A DNA stretch of 64,000 nucleotides, from contig NW_026250405.1 in the NCBI RefSeq assembly GCF_024521635.1, positions 124,001 to 188,000 of the forward strand, in the 5' to 3' direction. The notes beneath the pieces are model-generated. The model was given only the letters and a program-made list of their open reading frames with translations. It was not told the origin of the DNA and made no database searches. Position 1 is the stretch's first letter. Every line of letters starts with the position of its first letter. The translations under genes and the position numbers were made by a program. Below are positions 38,920 to 51,853 of the stretch, piece by piece. Origin of the DNA: Tricharina praecox (lineage: Eukaryota).

Positions 38920-41195
38920 CTACCAACGTGTCAGTGTATGCTTGTGTATGCTTCGAGCAGAGTACAGGAAACACATACTGCTGTAGTAACAATGAATGAG
39001 TTGGACTTAAACGATAGGATGTGCTAAAGATAGTGGACTGCCGTGATGGATGGCCGGGTTGATATGATGTTTCTGCAGAACCGGGGATCTACAACGGTAT
39101 TTATGGTTTTCATTCGGCTGTAGTTTCTCCTCGGTCTTCACGATAATGTGCTCTCGTGAGAAAGAATCGTCTTGAGATGTGACTCCTGACATCATTGCAC
39201 GAGTTGGTGGCCTTCCACAGCGAGGCTTGACCGTCTGCAATGTCGGGACCACAGTCAGTCCCCGTGCCTTCCATCCACGGCCATTGGAGGCGACCATATG
39301 CGCCAGTGATGTGTCGATGTACTCCCGCCGATGAGCAGTTCTGGTTGAGCTGTATCTTCAGGAGGAATATGTCTAGACGTGCATCTCCGCCGTTCTATTA
39401 TGATACCTTCCATTCTCGGCCAGTAGGATCGGTCCCTATGTGTCTGTGCGTCAATGTATCCCACCGAGCAGCAGTTCGAGTCGAGCTGTATCTTCACTTC
39501 CATCCACAACGAGTGAGAGCCGCCGCTATGCATCAGTGCGCCAAAGTATCCGCATAGAGGAGCCCATCGATTCGAGCTGCACCTTCACCAGTGATATCTC
39601 CGGACGTGCACCCGATCAGTTCTCCGAGCCACAACCAGCATAAGCGATCACTACCGTATGCGCCAGGGAGTCTTCGTGCCGATACTCGCTAGTCCAACAA
39701 AGGTGGGGATGGCGGTCGGACCTCGTGTGGCTGAACTTGGCAAAAACTAGTCTAAAAGCAGCCTCACCAGCCATACGAGGTCCGACCGCTGTCCCCCACC
39801 TTTGTTGGAGAAGCAAGTACCTGTGCAGCGAGCAGTAATCCAAGCCCGAGTCCGAGCCGCACACCCACAAAGAGTATCCAAAGTCCGGCCGTGCACCGCA
39901 CGGTCCACACCATCTTGGATTGTTTCAAGGTTAATTCCACTCCAAAGCGCAGCTGTGGGGGGTGCGCAATCATCGCCGTTCTACACGTAGCTGTGGTCTT
40001 ATAAACCTGTAGCTGAAGTGGGCAGCTTTTGCCGTCACAATCCATCACGTTAAGTGAGTCCGTTTTCGGCTCCGACTGCTGCCCATTCTGAGCACTGGCC
40101 ATCTCCGTCCCCGTGCCCCGAAGATAACGAGTGCCTAGATGTTCCCACGTATCAGTATCGAGATCTGCTCGACCCGACCGGCCTGCATGGTCTGCCGTGG
40201 AAAAAGGTCACATGTGGGCAGGGCTGCTATAGATATATCACGGACGGAGGAGCGCTGCAACCTCTAGGAACAACAAAAACAAGCGACTGGAACCGGAACA
40301 AACGTGCAGAGCACGAAAGTAGTTCGAGTCATTTGCTGGGTTAAAGCGCACACCTGCTGGTGATAGATAATACGGACAGAACTTACAACTGTGTCATGGA
40401 TGAAAAAGCCGAGTGATAATGATGATAGATGTGTGATGATCGTTCGTGACTGAAGACATGGTTTGGAAAGCGTGGCTCTGAAGGTTAATATTACCTCAAG
40501 GTCGAGGTTGAGTCATGATCATTTCACCGAGCCATGGAGGATGCTGTCTGCTTGTACGATTGATTTCGACTCAATTGCTATTGTAGGTACATGTATTCAT
40601 CCAAGTTTCCCCAACCCGCCCCGACACGATCCCGTTCCTCGGTGATCACATCCCCCCATTGTAAACGTACAGAAAGAAGTATTCAGAAGAAGACGGAAAA
40701 TATCAGTCGCAGAAAAGAAAAACCCGCAAAACATCCATGCCATCACCGCTCATCGCCGCAGTCAGCCAAAGAAAGAAGAAACAGAAAAGGCAATCATTCG
40801 TCAACAAAAGGACTCTTCGGCCAAGAAGTGCAAGGCACACAACGATAAGGTTGATGATGCTGTACATGTAAAAAAAAAGCTAAATGAGGTTAGTAGTAAG
40901 GTCCAGTTATCCATCCGGAAAACAACAGAGCACCAGACAAAACAAACATTTCCACCCGTTTCCAATGCACCTCCCGCTTCCCAAACACCAAAACAAAACC
41001 CTCCATGATGGCAAACAGATGCAGCCTTCCCATTCCCATCTCCCCAGCTTTCCCACGAACCCAGCCCAATTGATGTCATTTCCGTTTTGACCCCCCCCCA
41101 CCGACCACCCCCCAAACAATCCCAGCCAATACTCCGATACAATGAAAGACAAAAACGCAGAAAGAAAATCAGAGTACAATACCAGTAAATCAGAT

Positions 41196-42980
41196 TTACC
41201 GGATAGTCATCTGCTTGGCCATTCCCTTGCCGTTCTCACCAGACCGAGATCCGGATGCGGCACTACCAGCCTTCTTCTCGAAGAGCTTCCAGAACTTGAG
41301 GTTCTCGTCGCTAGCCGCGGTAGCGAGCATCTGTCCGTCGGGGCTGAGAGCGGCATGCAGGACACGGGTCTCGTGGGCGGGGATCTCAACGTTCTTGACG
41401 AGAGTGGGGTAGCTCCAGACGGTGAGCTGGTTGTCGGGGGCACCGTGACAAGAGACGATCTCACGGTAGTTGGTGGACCACTTGAGGGCGGTGACCTGGG
41501 ATCCGGCGTCGACCGAGTTGACACGAGCGCCAGTAGTGGTGTTCCAGAAGTGGATCTGACGATCGAAGGAACCGCCTCCGGTGGCGAGGAGGTTGTTCTG
41601 CCAAGGGCACCAAGCGAGAGCCTTAACGGCTGCCTTGTGGTTGGTCTTGCTGAACTTGGGAGTGGTCATCTGGCGCGCATCCCAAATGTTGACCAGGTTG
41701 TCGTTACCGCCAGAAGCGAGCTGGGCACCATCAGCACGCCACTCGAGGCCACAGACCTCGGAGGTGTGGGAGAGGAGCTCAGCGGTCTTGTGCTCGGCAA
41801 TGCGAACATCGTGGTTGAAGATGTTACCACTGCGGGAACCGGTGGAAAGAGTGGCCTTGTTCCAGGACATGACACCGACGCGGGTATCGTGGCCGGCCAT
41901 GGTCCTCAGCTTGGTGCCCTCCTCAACATCCCAGATCTGAACATCGCCGGAACCGAGACCGACCGAGACGTAGGCGCCATCTTGGGACCACCGCACAGAC
42001 GAAACGTACGTGTCAGGAGAGGTCTCGAGAAGGCAAGAGACGGAACCAGACTCGGCGTTCCACACGTAAACGTTGCGTTCGAGTCCGATTGCCACCTGGT
42101 TGCCGGTGCCCCAGTCGAGGAGGTTGAGGTAGTAGTCATCGACCAAGCCAGGTGCGTCGAGCACACGCTCGGGAGCGGTAAGGATGCGGCGGCGAGTCTG
42201 TGCACTGGCAGTGGACTTGAGAGGACGGTTGTACTGTGCACGGAGGTCGATCGGCTTGCTGGACTCTGGGGGTGCCGGCTTGAAGGCGAGGATCCGGGTT
42301 CCAAGGTTCAGCCCTACGGCCTCGGCAATTGAAGCGTCGTAGGCCTTGGATTTCGGCGACTTGCGGTTCAGGTATTCCTCTTCCTCCTCGTGCTCGGGCG
42401 GTACGCTGTTGTCCCGACCAAATACATCGTCATTGGCGTTCACGACCGACTCGTGGGACTTGGTTCTGCTACCGGGCCTTTGGTGATCGGCCTTCATGGC
42501 GGCTGTGGGAGAGGAAGCACTACGGGTAGGAATGAAACGATCGCCATTGATGCGGACGGTGTTCTTGGTCGGCCGAGAAGGACGGGTCTTCTTCGTTCCA
42601 GTAGTCGCTGTGGTTGGACGCGCCGAACTAACGATGTTCCAATCATTGACTCCAAGATCTAATTGCAGCGGGGTTGCTGTCGTGGATGTGGTTGTGGACT
42701 TCAAGGTGGAGGAAGGACGTGTAGGTGCCTGCTTCGAGGTCGACAACGACAGAGCCGATAAGGTGTCATGCAACGAACCCCGAGAAGTGTGACCGTGCTT
42801 CTTCTTGTCGGCGTGCCATTCGGGATCTCGGCGTGCCGGTGCGGGAGGTGTGAACGGAGACATGTTTGCCGATGCACGGGTGCGGGGTGAAGGGGTAAGA
42901 GGCATACGTCCTCCGGCATGGCGTGTAGAGACGATGTTCGCCTGGGACTTGACCGGAGTGTGGACAGTCGCGGTCGCCAT
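41196..42980 (-). CDS. cdc20: APC/C activator Cdc20/Slp1 (WD40), intronless
   Basis: C-box DRFIP, RILAF motif, ERVLDAPGLVDDYYLNLLDW, WD repeats, C-terminal IR tail. First true ATG at 42980. Confidence 0.96.
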   Translation of the reverse strand: MATATVHTPVKSQANIVSTRHAGGRMPLTPSPRTRASANMSPFTPPAPARRDPEWHADKKKHGHTSRGSLHDTLSALSLSTSKQAPTRPSSTLKSTTTSTTATPLQLDLGVNDWNIVSSARPTTATTGTKKTRPSRPTKNTVRINGDRFIPTRSASSPTAAMKADHQRPGSRTKSHESVVNANDDVFGRDNSVPPEHEEEEEYLNRKSPKSKAYDASIAEAVGLNLGTRILAFKPAPPESSKPIDLRAQYNRPLKSTASAQTRRRILTAPERVLDAPGLVDDYYLNLLDWGTGNQVAIGLERNVYVWNAESGSVSCLLETSPDTYVSSVRWSQDGAYVSVGLGSGDVQIWDVEEGTKLRTMAGHDTRVGVMSWNKATLSTGSRSGNIFNHDVRIAEHKTAELLSHTSEVCGLEWRADGAQLASGGNDNLVNIWDARQMTTPKFSKTNHKAAVKALAWCPWQNNLLATGGGSFDRQIHFWNTTTGARVNSVDAGSQVTALKWSTNYREIVSCHGAPDNQLTVWSYPTLVKNVEIPAHETRVLHAALSPDGQMLATAASDENLKFWKLFEKKAGSAASGSRSGENGKGMAKQMTIR

Positions 42981-43288
42981 TTTGAAGGGACTTTTTTTAA
43001 TCGATATAAAAGAGGTGAGGTGTATTACGGTAATGGTCGAGTAGACAAAAGCTCGCAACGTTCGATGAGGTAGTACTTAGTAGTATGCGGTGGTTGTAGT
43101 AATGGTATGAGGGGTGGATGAAGATTTAAGTGTTGAAGTTGTGTGAAGAGCTTTTGGAGTACTCGAGTAAACGCGTGTTGTGTGTGAGAGAGAAAGGTGA
43201 AGTGGTGAAGAAGTTCGAGACGAGAGGAGAAAGTGGTGTATTTATGAGCTTGGAGGTGGAGGAAGAACGAGATGAAGGTGGGAGAAAT

Positions 43289-44423
43289 GTAAACAAAGGC
43301 CGTCGCCACAGCAACGATCTACGTCCAAGTACGACCAATCGTGGTTGGCTTGGCAGCAGACTACCGAGATACGGGCTAGCGCCACGTTCCGAGCAGGCGG
43401 CGGCTAACGAGATGAGGGAACGAGGGACGCAGAATCCTGACGTGGCCACTGTCATACCATACCAGCCCTCAGGCAGGTAACTGGAGGAGCTCCGGGCGTG
43501 AGAACACGTACTCTGGAGTACCGGTATGTGTAATGCAGAGCATCGAGACTGCCTATACCGTGAAGACTGCTTTGCACGACTGCTCGACTAGATCTTGACG
43601 CGCGAACAAGAGCAACCAGCGAGGAGAGAGCATCCATTTGCCTGGGCTCAGGTCCTCTTATGTAGTGGTTCCAGGACGAAAGAGGGTCTTGTGTCTCTCA
43701 ATCTAGGAACATCAGCCCGGTGGATTCTGCAAGCATCGGTGTTGGGGGAGACGTGCATGGCCAAGAAGTAAACAAAGCCTGTCTCCACAGCAACCGGAGA
43801 GTACCGCATGTTGGAACGGCTAGCTATCAGCGGCAACGGCGTTATCTTCCCCCCTCAGGATGGGGAAATCCAGGAGACGTCGGGAAACGGGGAGCATTAA
43901 ACAAACTCATGTCTCATGTAACGGTCTGTATTTTGTTTCGGGTATCCATTATTGAGTGGAGACGGCTGCGAGACCTCGAGGAAGAAGCTCATCTTCTCAT
44001 GGTGTTGTACTCTATTGTACGTGTAGCGGGGGTTTGCACTGGTGGACATGTTCGCCGAGCCATGCAAGAATCTACGTTATAATCTACCTATCCACCGGGG
44101 TACCTACAAAATCGGGGAGTGCAGGTATGGTTTCCCGAACTACGGGTCAGGAAGCCCCAAGGTGCACCGATACCCGGGAAAACACCCATGCCGAGCCCAC
44201 CATCAAGCCCATGTTCGGCATGCCGGGCGCGACGGTACTGACGTCGCGAGGGAGTTCTCGGCCACCAGTAACATCATCTTTTCGGTGCATTCACGGTTTC
44301 AGTCGAGCGAGCTTCATCTGCGAAGATGCATAAATCTCAAGAAAATACGGTACATAGCCTCCTTTCGTTGCCCGGAACACGGGCGTTGATGCCGCAATAA
44401 CAGTCCTCTCGATGTTTGTTTAC
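43289..44423. promoter_or_regulatory. Forkhead-type GTAAACAAA sites upstream of cdc20
   Basis: GTAAACAAA at 43289-43297 and 43768-43776, and reverse at 44415-44423. ACGCGT at 43171-43176. Confidence 0.5.
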
Positions 44424-45047
44424 AAGTATTCACGAAAGCGTCACCATGGTGATCCACGGGTAAGCGCAACTAGTATCTACACTTCCTGACGATTCCGTGA
44501 TAAATCGGTGTCGAACGGTGCTGTATACTGAGATCTCCACACAATCAGAACACGTGACTTCGATGCCAAGGCACGATACCAATATAAAGCATTCAGCGGG
44601 AACTTCCGTTCCTTTTTCCCCCTTGCTTCCCTGCTAAATAGTAACCTCCTTTTCCCCATTCGCCTTTATCTACTATTTGAGCAACGACTTCCCGTTTCCC
44701 TATATTCTCACTCGTCGTTATCATTGGTTCGTACGATTGATATTCTACGGTATTTCAACGAACCCGAGTCGACATCTTCAGTATCTCTCCCGTGGTGTAG
44801 TCTTGGTCATTGAACAATCAATTGTGAAGGTATATGCGTCCCTTTTCTGTTCGCCAATTTCGTAACGGGCGAATAACCGCACACATGAGTTCTTCCTGCA
44901 GTAACAACTATGGGTTGTAGCCTCACGGACTGAGTAGAAGAGGAAAAGTGATTTTGAATATACTTTTCAACACCACAAAGCTTGTATTTCACAATCACAA
45001 TAACTATAGTACATACAGAAAATTCTGCTTCTCATGTGCGCGCTCAT

Positions 45048-45997
45048 TTAAAAATCTTGTTCCTCCTCCTCGTTATCACCAATCTCAGACTCCCTTCCAT
45101 AAGCACTGTCCGCATAACTCCTCCAACCTCCAGTTTGATGCACAACTGGTACAACCTCTGCAGACACCTCACTACTACTACCGTTGATATACGTATCCTC
45201 CCACGTGCCCGGGAAGTTGTCCTGCACGGTCAACTTGATAGGGTAGGAAAGATGGCCCCAGTAGGAGATGGTGCTCCAGAGCTCATACGAACATGAAGTC
45301 CACTCGCAATTATCGACCTGTAATTCACCACAATCAGCTAAATTCTGGTCTCCAGGGGACGAGGTAGTAGAGGGTGACGGGAGGGGGAGGAGAGACAAAC
45401 CATAACAGAGCGTCCACCGACACGATTATACTCCCTAGTCCTGAATAGCGGCCCATCCTTGTGCTTGGTGATAACATCGACACGAAAGCAAGCCACGCCG
45501 GCACCGGGCGTATTCAGCTCCGCGATCTTCTCGCAAGCTTCCCTCACCCACTTGCCCCTCCAGGTACCAGCTGCACCCTTTGGGCGGTTCACAGCAGACA
45601 CCCTCGCATCCTTGACGATACGCAACAACCGCCTCCACATCGCTCCGCCGTCCTCCCCAGCCGCCGTGATGTTGGCCACCAGCTTCGCGGTGGAAAGTTC
45701 GAGCCGGGAATTGCGGCCGAGACAGACCATATTCGCACTATCGAGTTGGCCGCTTTTTTGCAGGTGGAACACGCGGTTGGCGGGATGGATCAGGGCGTGG
45801 TTGGGGGGAAGTTCTCCCTGGCTGGCGATGTTGCTATTCGGGAGTATGACATAGCGAGGGCGGATAGATACGATCACCAGGACCGGCTGGCGGTGGCGGA
45901 GATGTGTGACTGCGTCTTGGAGACTATCGGTGATCCTCTGGAGGCGGGGGAGAAGAGCGTCTTGCATGTTGGGGCTTGAGATGGACTCGGTGGCCAT
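45048..45997 (-). CDS. Hypothetical protein, 288 aa (exons 45997-45401, 45317-45048)
   Basis: Two ORFs are joined in frame by a phase-0 intron GTTTGT...GCTGAT...TTACAG. Good start context (AATATGG). No recognised domain. Confidence 0.65.
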
Positions 45998-46842
45998 ATT
46001 TGTGCAGATAAATGGAAGAGTTTGTATAGGTTTTTTTTTGGTGAGGCGAGAGAGAAAGGGAGAAACGTGGGAATGGGTTAACAGGCACGGGAGCTGGGAG
46101 TGTTTAAAAAAGGCAACAATATTATGGTTGGGACAAAAAGGTTAGGAAGGCCTCGCTCTGTCTGTCAGGGTGAGCTCGGTCCGTTACATGAGGTTGCTGC
46201 CAGTACCTCATTGCGGCAGCCCGCGGTGCTCCTGTATTCGGCGAACCAAGCGGCGTGTTTAGAGAGGTAAACAAACGAATTGGCTGGACGAACACCCGCT
46301 CTGAGGCACATGTGACATTTTTTCTATGGCGAGGGTGCGGTGACACTGAAGTTTGGTTGGAAGGTGATCGACAAACAACATCATACGGCAGCACTCGCCC
46401 TCGGAGTGCGTCGGACCAGACGGTCTCGACGAAAAAGAAGCATTTACTGTAGACGGACAGGGTGTAGGTATGTAACATTTCCATGATATACACATAGGTC
46501 GCCTGCAGTAAGTGAGGAAATAGGAAAGAGAGAAGAACGTGACAGAGCAGATTTCTGACACACAGGTAGCAATTCGGTGGCCTAGGTCTCACAAATGTAC
46601 TCGATGTCTTTGTAGATGGGATGTTCCATAGCAATGGAATTACCCATCTCCTGGTGAGGGGTTGGGCACTGAGGCAGAGAGTTAATCAACGTGAAGGTTT
46701 CAACGATTGCGTCACTCGAGATAGTGTTGTACGCACCATGTTCAACTCTCTATCTATATATACACTAGGCCAAACGCAACGACGCCCAGCTCTCTGTAGA
46801 GTACAGTGTACACTAGACCAAAGTTTGTCCGAGGGCGGACCA

Positions 46843-47920
46843 CTACAGCCCACCATCCCCCTGCACGAACCGTGCCAAAAACTCTCCCACCATCTTCCGT
46901 CCCTTCGGCTTTGCTAAGCACTCCACATGCAAAGCTCCCTTGACACTTTCCTCCTCCACATGTACGCCCGCCTTCTTTGCGACCTCCGCAATCCTCGCCG
47001 CCTGCCCGCTCGGAACCAGCTCATCTTTGCCCGCCTCGACTACCAGCATCCGTCCCTTCCACCCCCTCTCTAGAACTATCTCCAACGCCTGAACCAGCTT
47101 CCAACGATTCCACAGAGCAAATCCAAGGTATCTATACGGCAGCCACTTCTGCGGATACAATGCAACGAGCATGTCCTTGATGCTAACGAATGGCGTCTCG
47201 AGGATCAACACGCTCACATTCTGCAGCGGATGTGCTGCCAACCCCGTCAGCGCGATTCCGCACCCAATCGATTGCCCCCACAGGACTACATCCGTCTCCG
47301 CACCCCCATGCTGAGTGCGGATATGCGAGAAGATGGCGGACAGGTCCCGCTCGATGCCGCGCTGCGAGGGCCGCCCGGTCGATGTCCAGTAACCGCGGTA
47401 GGACGGGATCAGGATCGTCGTGGGGCCCCGAGACGGAGGGAGCGAGGAAAACAGGGCAGAGAGGTGCGGGAGCCGGGACGGCGTCGACGAGGCGTTGCTG
47501 CCAAAGTTAGTCTCGCCAGGGCGGATCCGAGGACTCTCCTCACCCCTGGAAGTACACCACCACTAGCTCCCGGCCCCGCACCACCCCGCTCCCGTCCAGC
47601 CTCGCGGAAGCAGTCGCCAGGACAGTCCCGTCGCCTACCGCGATCTTCCCCTCTCGCCACTTTATACCGCGACAGTATGGGGCGTAATCACTGATCTTTT
47701 CTTTGCGAGCGCCGAGCGGGATCCCGGGCATGTAGATGATCCGCGATTGAAACAGGATCATCATGAGACATTTGTAGGACCAGAGGGTCAATGTGAGGCC
47801 GGTGAAGACGAGGGGTGCAAGGAGGAGCGGGGGAATGGCTGAGAGGGATCCTATGCGTCGGTATGGGAGAAATCGCTGGCGGCGAATGCGCAGAGGAAAT
47901 CGAACCAGTGGTGGAAACAT
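46843..47920 (-). CDS. Alpha/beta hydrolase, Bem46/ABHD13-like (exons 47920-47544, 47497-46843)
   Basis: FQSRIIYMP, VYFQG|NASS, SYRGYWTSTGRPSQRGI, nucleophile motif WGQSIG, ILETPF, KDELVP, GALH. Confidence 0.9.
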
Positions 47921-49297
47921 GCTGCGTTGACACGGCGGAAGTTCTGGCGCGACTCGCTACTCGGATGACGTCGTAGGTCATGCCTCACGTGAGCACGCGG
48001 CACGCGGTGACTACTGGTTTGTGTCCAAAGGACGCCGAAGATCCCCTAACCGCACACGATGCCTCATTCTTGGAGACCAAAGCTTGTATCAAGGAACTAC
48101 ATGTTTCTTTTCTGGCTGTAGTAAACAGTGTTAACGACAGTTAATAGGTAATTCCTAGATCAACATCAATGGCCACTCCTCCCCAACATAACCCTGTGCA
48201 CGTACACCAACGACCATATACACCAACAGTGGCAGGGCCCCGATGGATAGTCTTCTCTCCCGCTACCTGGAAAGAAATCGTCAATATATCCGTGCCGCAG
48301 CGTATATGTGGCTACCTGTGCCGTGGCCCACAGGTTATACGCCATCGACGTACATGGCCTCAGGCAGGTGCCTTCGAGTAAGGGCGGAGATGCAGTTTCC
48401 AATGCCATATCTCGAGGGGGATATCTCCCCAAATACCGAATCACGGTGGGGAACAAGCATTTTGACTTTCCAGATCATCGAGGAGTCAGCACTCTGCTCT
48501 CCCTTCCCCACTTCCCAGCTAACAGCGGTCAACTTCTTGATGAAAACGGTAATCCATGCTTTCTCAATAATACCTATTCCTCCACCACTTCCCATTCACT
48601 AACTATGGCCTCTCTTCGTGCAGCCTTCGATAGGTATTCCAGCATCTCTTTCCACTTCTTCTTACCAAGGACGCCCACCAAAACCTCCTCCTCCTCCTCC
48701 TCCTCCTCATCCTCATCCAACGACCTCAGATACCCGACGGTAGCAACACCAGCACACCTCACCCGTCCCTGTGCCGTATCAGAATGAAGCACCTCGTTCC
48801 CCATCGCCAGGAATTGTTCTATCTCCCGCTTCTTCAGACGGTAGTGGCTGACTTCGTGTATGCATTCCTACCAACCCACCCCGACAGCGGCGCAAAACAG
48901 CCAATGTCAAGGCACAAAGAGGAGCGTGATTGCGAAGCAGACTTATAGCAATAGCTTCACCGTCTTCGTTTATTCCTTTAGTAAAGTTCGAGCATGTATG
49001 GTGTCGCTCACACACGGCTGGGAGTACGATACTTCCTTTCTGTTTTCTATTTGGTATGTACATATGCCATGTCGGATCATAGGTATCGAGTTATGTCTGG
49101 TCATACCGGCCCCTGTATTCATGGACGAGCCCTCGGGCTTCGACGGAGCTTCTACCTATATTGTCGTCGCCGTCGCCATGATAGCACGCCCGGCCGGGAG
49201 AGAGTCGAGACTGACCAGCCAAACAAACAGAGTCCGGGACGTCCCGTGCACGACTTGGCGCCGGCTGAGACGCCGTGAACTCTTGAGAAACATCATA

Positions 49298-49383
49298 GAG
49301 AGAAACAGAGAGAGAGAGAGAGATTTTCAATTTATTTCGCATGCAGCCTATCTATCTAGACTAGGTACCTATAGCGAACCGTG
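49298..49383 (-). mobile_element. 86-bp retro-insertion (LINE 3'-end-like) with 14-bp TSD and (CT)n tail
   Basis: Perfect direct repeat TGAGAAACATCATA at 49284-49297 and 49384-49397. Core TAGATAGGCTGCATGCGAAATAAA is shared with 36245-36297. Confidence 0.75.
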
Positions 49384-49929
49384 TGAGAAACATCATACAT
49401 CTCCTTCATTTCGTGTCACTCGTCGCGTTGGAGAGTAAGAGTAGAATCCACTGCGTAAGCATCCGAGCACACACGGAAGTGATCCCGAGGGTGAATAGCA
49501 ATTCGAGAGTTGAGACAACTGCGGAATCTCTGCTGTGCTGTACTGTCCTGGTAAAGACCCGGAAACCCCCAGTGGTTCTGTATAGTACCGAAGCAGATAG
49601 TCTCTTGTACTTCTCCGGCGTCAGGTGTTTTCGTGCATCCAACTTGTATGTATAACATCCGCCCGTTGATTAATGTGTTGTGATGAGGATATCCATTTGT
49701 ACATACTGTACTTTCAACGATAGACAAAAGAAATCACAAGAAGCATCAAAGAACGAACGAACGCACGCACTACTCTAGGCACCAGATGAGCTCCCCAAAT
49801 CTCAGAAACAAAAACAGCAACAGAAAGAAAAAGAAAAAAGAAAAAATCTTGCAATATATAGCTTCCCCCCCGCCGAGTGTACATGTACGCCAAAAACAAA
49901 AACAAAAACCAATAGACCAAATAAAACCA

Positions 49930-51853
49930 TTACTTCCTCTTCTTCGGCCCCTCTTCCAGCACTTTCTCCAGCCCCTTCAGGCCGACCTGCTCCGCGCCAG
50001 TTGCGCGTCTCTGCTCCACCTCCCTCCAAAACGCAACCTTCACGCGCATCTCCCAGCGCCTCCTCTTCTCGCGTCTTGCACGCTTCCACCAGCCGCCCTG
50101 GGGCGCCTCATCGCGCTCGATCTCGCACGCCCAGCAGAAGCAGCCGCCATACTCGAGGCCGAAAGAGTCTCTATATCTGTTCCCCGTGCGCTCGAACCCG
50201 TTGTCTAGCACGTCCGTGGGGAGCTTGTCGTCGTGGTCGATGAATCTGCTGGCTGCTGATGGTTGCAGGCAGAAGTAGTAGTACCGTGCCGGCGTCAACT
50301 GGTGCGTGTGCCAGAACACGTCCACGTCCAGTGTGGGGACCATTGTTTCCCCCGGGAATAAGGTGAAGAGCCGGAAGAAGTTGGTGTATTTCTCTCTGGC
50401 GCGCGGGAGCGTGCCTGTGAAGAGCGTCGGCGAGCGCACCCAGAGGAAGTGGTGCATTTTGTTCACGAACGTTTCTTGCCGGATGACGGCGGCGGAGAGG
50501 GATATGCACGCCGAGGATTGCGGCGATGTGGGGAGGTAGAAGGGCGCCACTTGTTGTGGGTGCTGGAAGATGGAGAGAAGGGTGATCAGAGTGGGGTAAG
50601 AGGGCAGGGTTGGGGGTGCGCCAGCGAAGTGCTGCTTGATCTGTGTGTTGACTGTGTCGCCGCGTTCGAACGGCGGTGAGAAGGTCCCCCTGATGCCTGG
50701 GCCACCTGCTAGGACTTGCCGGTAGTCCTGCCGTAGTCGCTCAGCGCAGAGAGCGTCATGGGTAATGGCGAATCCGCAGGCGCAGGCGAGGGACAGGTTT
50801 GGGTTGTGCCAGGAATTTGCGGTGGAATCGATCGAGGTGATGGGAAGCTTGTGCTCGTGCTCGCATTTCGGACAGACGATCTCGAGCGTGGGCAGACGGG
50901 GTTTGAAGAACGATTCCTTCTTGAGTTGGGCGAACAAGTCTACTTCCTGAGAGGTAGCCACCTTGAAGAAAGCCTTTGCATCTGCAGAGAGCGTGAAGTC
51001 GAGCGTCTTCAGATCGACTGCTTTGTTCTGCTTTCTGTCAGCATCACCGTCCTCCATGCGCAGGGGGGAGAAAATCTACAATAGCCTCCCACGGAAAAGC
51101 CACCGCCAACATCCCGGGCATCCCCAGCGCAAAGCAATCGTCGTAATAACACCTGGGATTAAGCAGAAAGCTATGCCAAACGATGAGGACATCGACAGGC
51201 GGCAGCATCTCCGCCGGCAACTCCGTGACCTTCCTGCCCGGCCCATCCGTCGGCACGCACTTCGCACTCTCGCCCTCGCCCTGTCGCTCCCCCCACTTCG
51301 CCGCCTCGGTCTCACGACCAACCACCTTCCACCAGGCCTCAAACCTTCCGACGGCGATCTCCACAACCGCCTTCCACAGCACAACGCCATGGGCATCCTC
51401 CCACGCCACCTCTCCCCCGCCTTCCCGCCCACCGCCCATCGCCACAGAAAAGAAGGTCCTCATCTCTTCCCCAGGTCGCAGAAACTGCTCTTTGTACCTC
51501 CAGAACACCTCGAGCAGGCCCAGATGCAGGGCCGCCTGCGCGTTCGTGGGGACGTTTTCACACCCCTCACCCTCCTCGGCAACGGCCCCGGCAGCCGACA
51601 GCGTACCAGCCACGAGCTGCTCGGGCGCCGGCACAACGGGCTCATCTCGCTCGCCATCGGCAGCCGCGAACTCGGGCGGCGCGTAGTCGCCGGCCTCGCC
51701 CTTCCCCCCGGCCTCGCCCTCCTCTAGTATATTGTCGTCGCCGTGGTTGTTCTTCTTCTTCGAGCTCCGCGCGCGCCGGAGTAGCTGCTGCAGCGGCGAG
51801 CGCGATGACGTGGTCGTTGTCGATGTCGACGTCAACGGCCGTTTCTGTTGCAT
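49930..51853 (-). CDS. DUF1399 / glycine-rich-domain-containing protein-like (exons 51853-51080, 51027-49930)
   Basis: LPPVDVLIVWHSFLLNPRCY, LSAAVIRQETFVNKM, MVPTLDVDVFWHTHQL, FIDHDD, YGGCFCWAC. A 52-nt intron restores the frame. Confidence 0.85.

Noticed and set aside
37205..38986. Plus-strand Gln/Leu- and Ala/Val-rich ORFs
   Set aside because: Antisense readings of the AAC/TGC/GGC repeats of the secreted precursor.
41142..42332. 396-aa plus-strand ORF
   Set aside because: Antisense shadow of cdc20 caused by codon bias; no motifs of its own.
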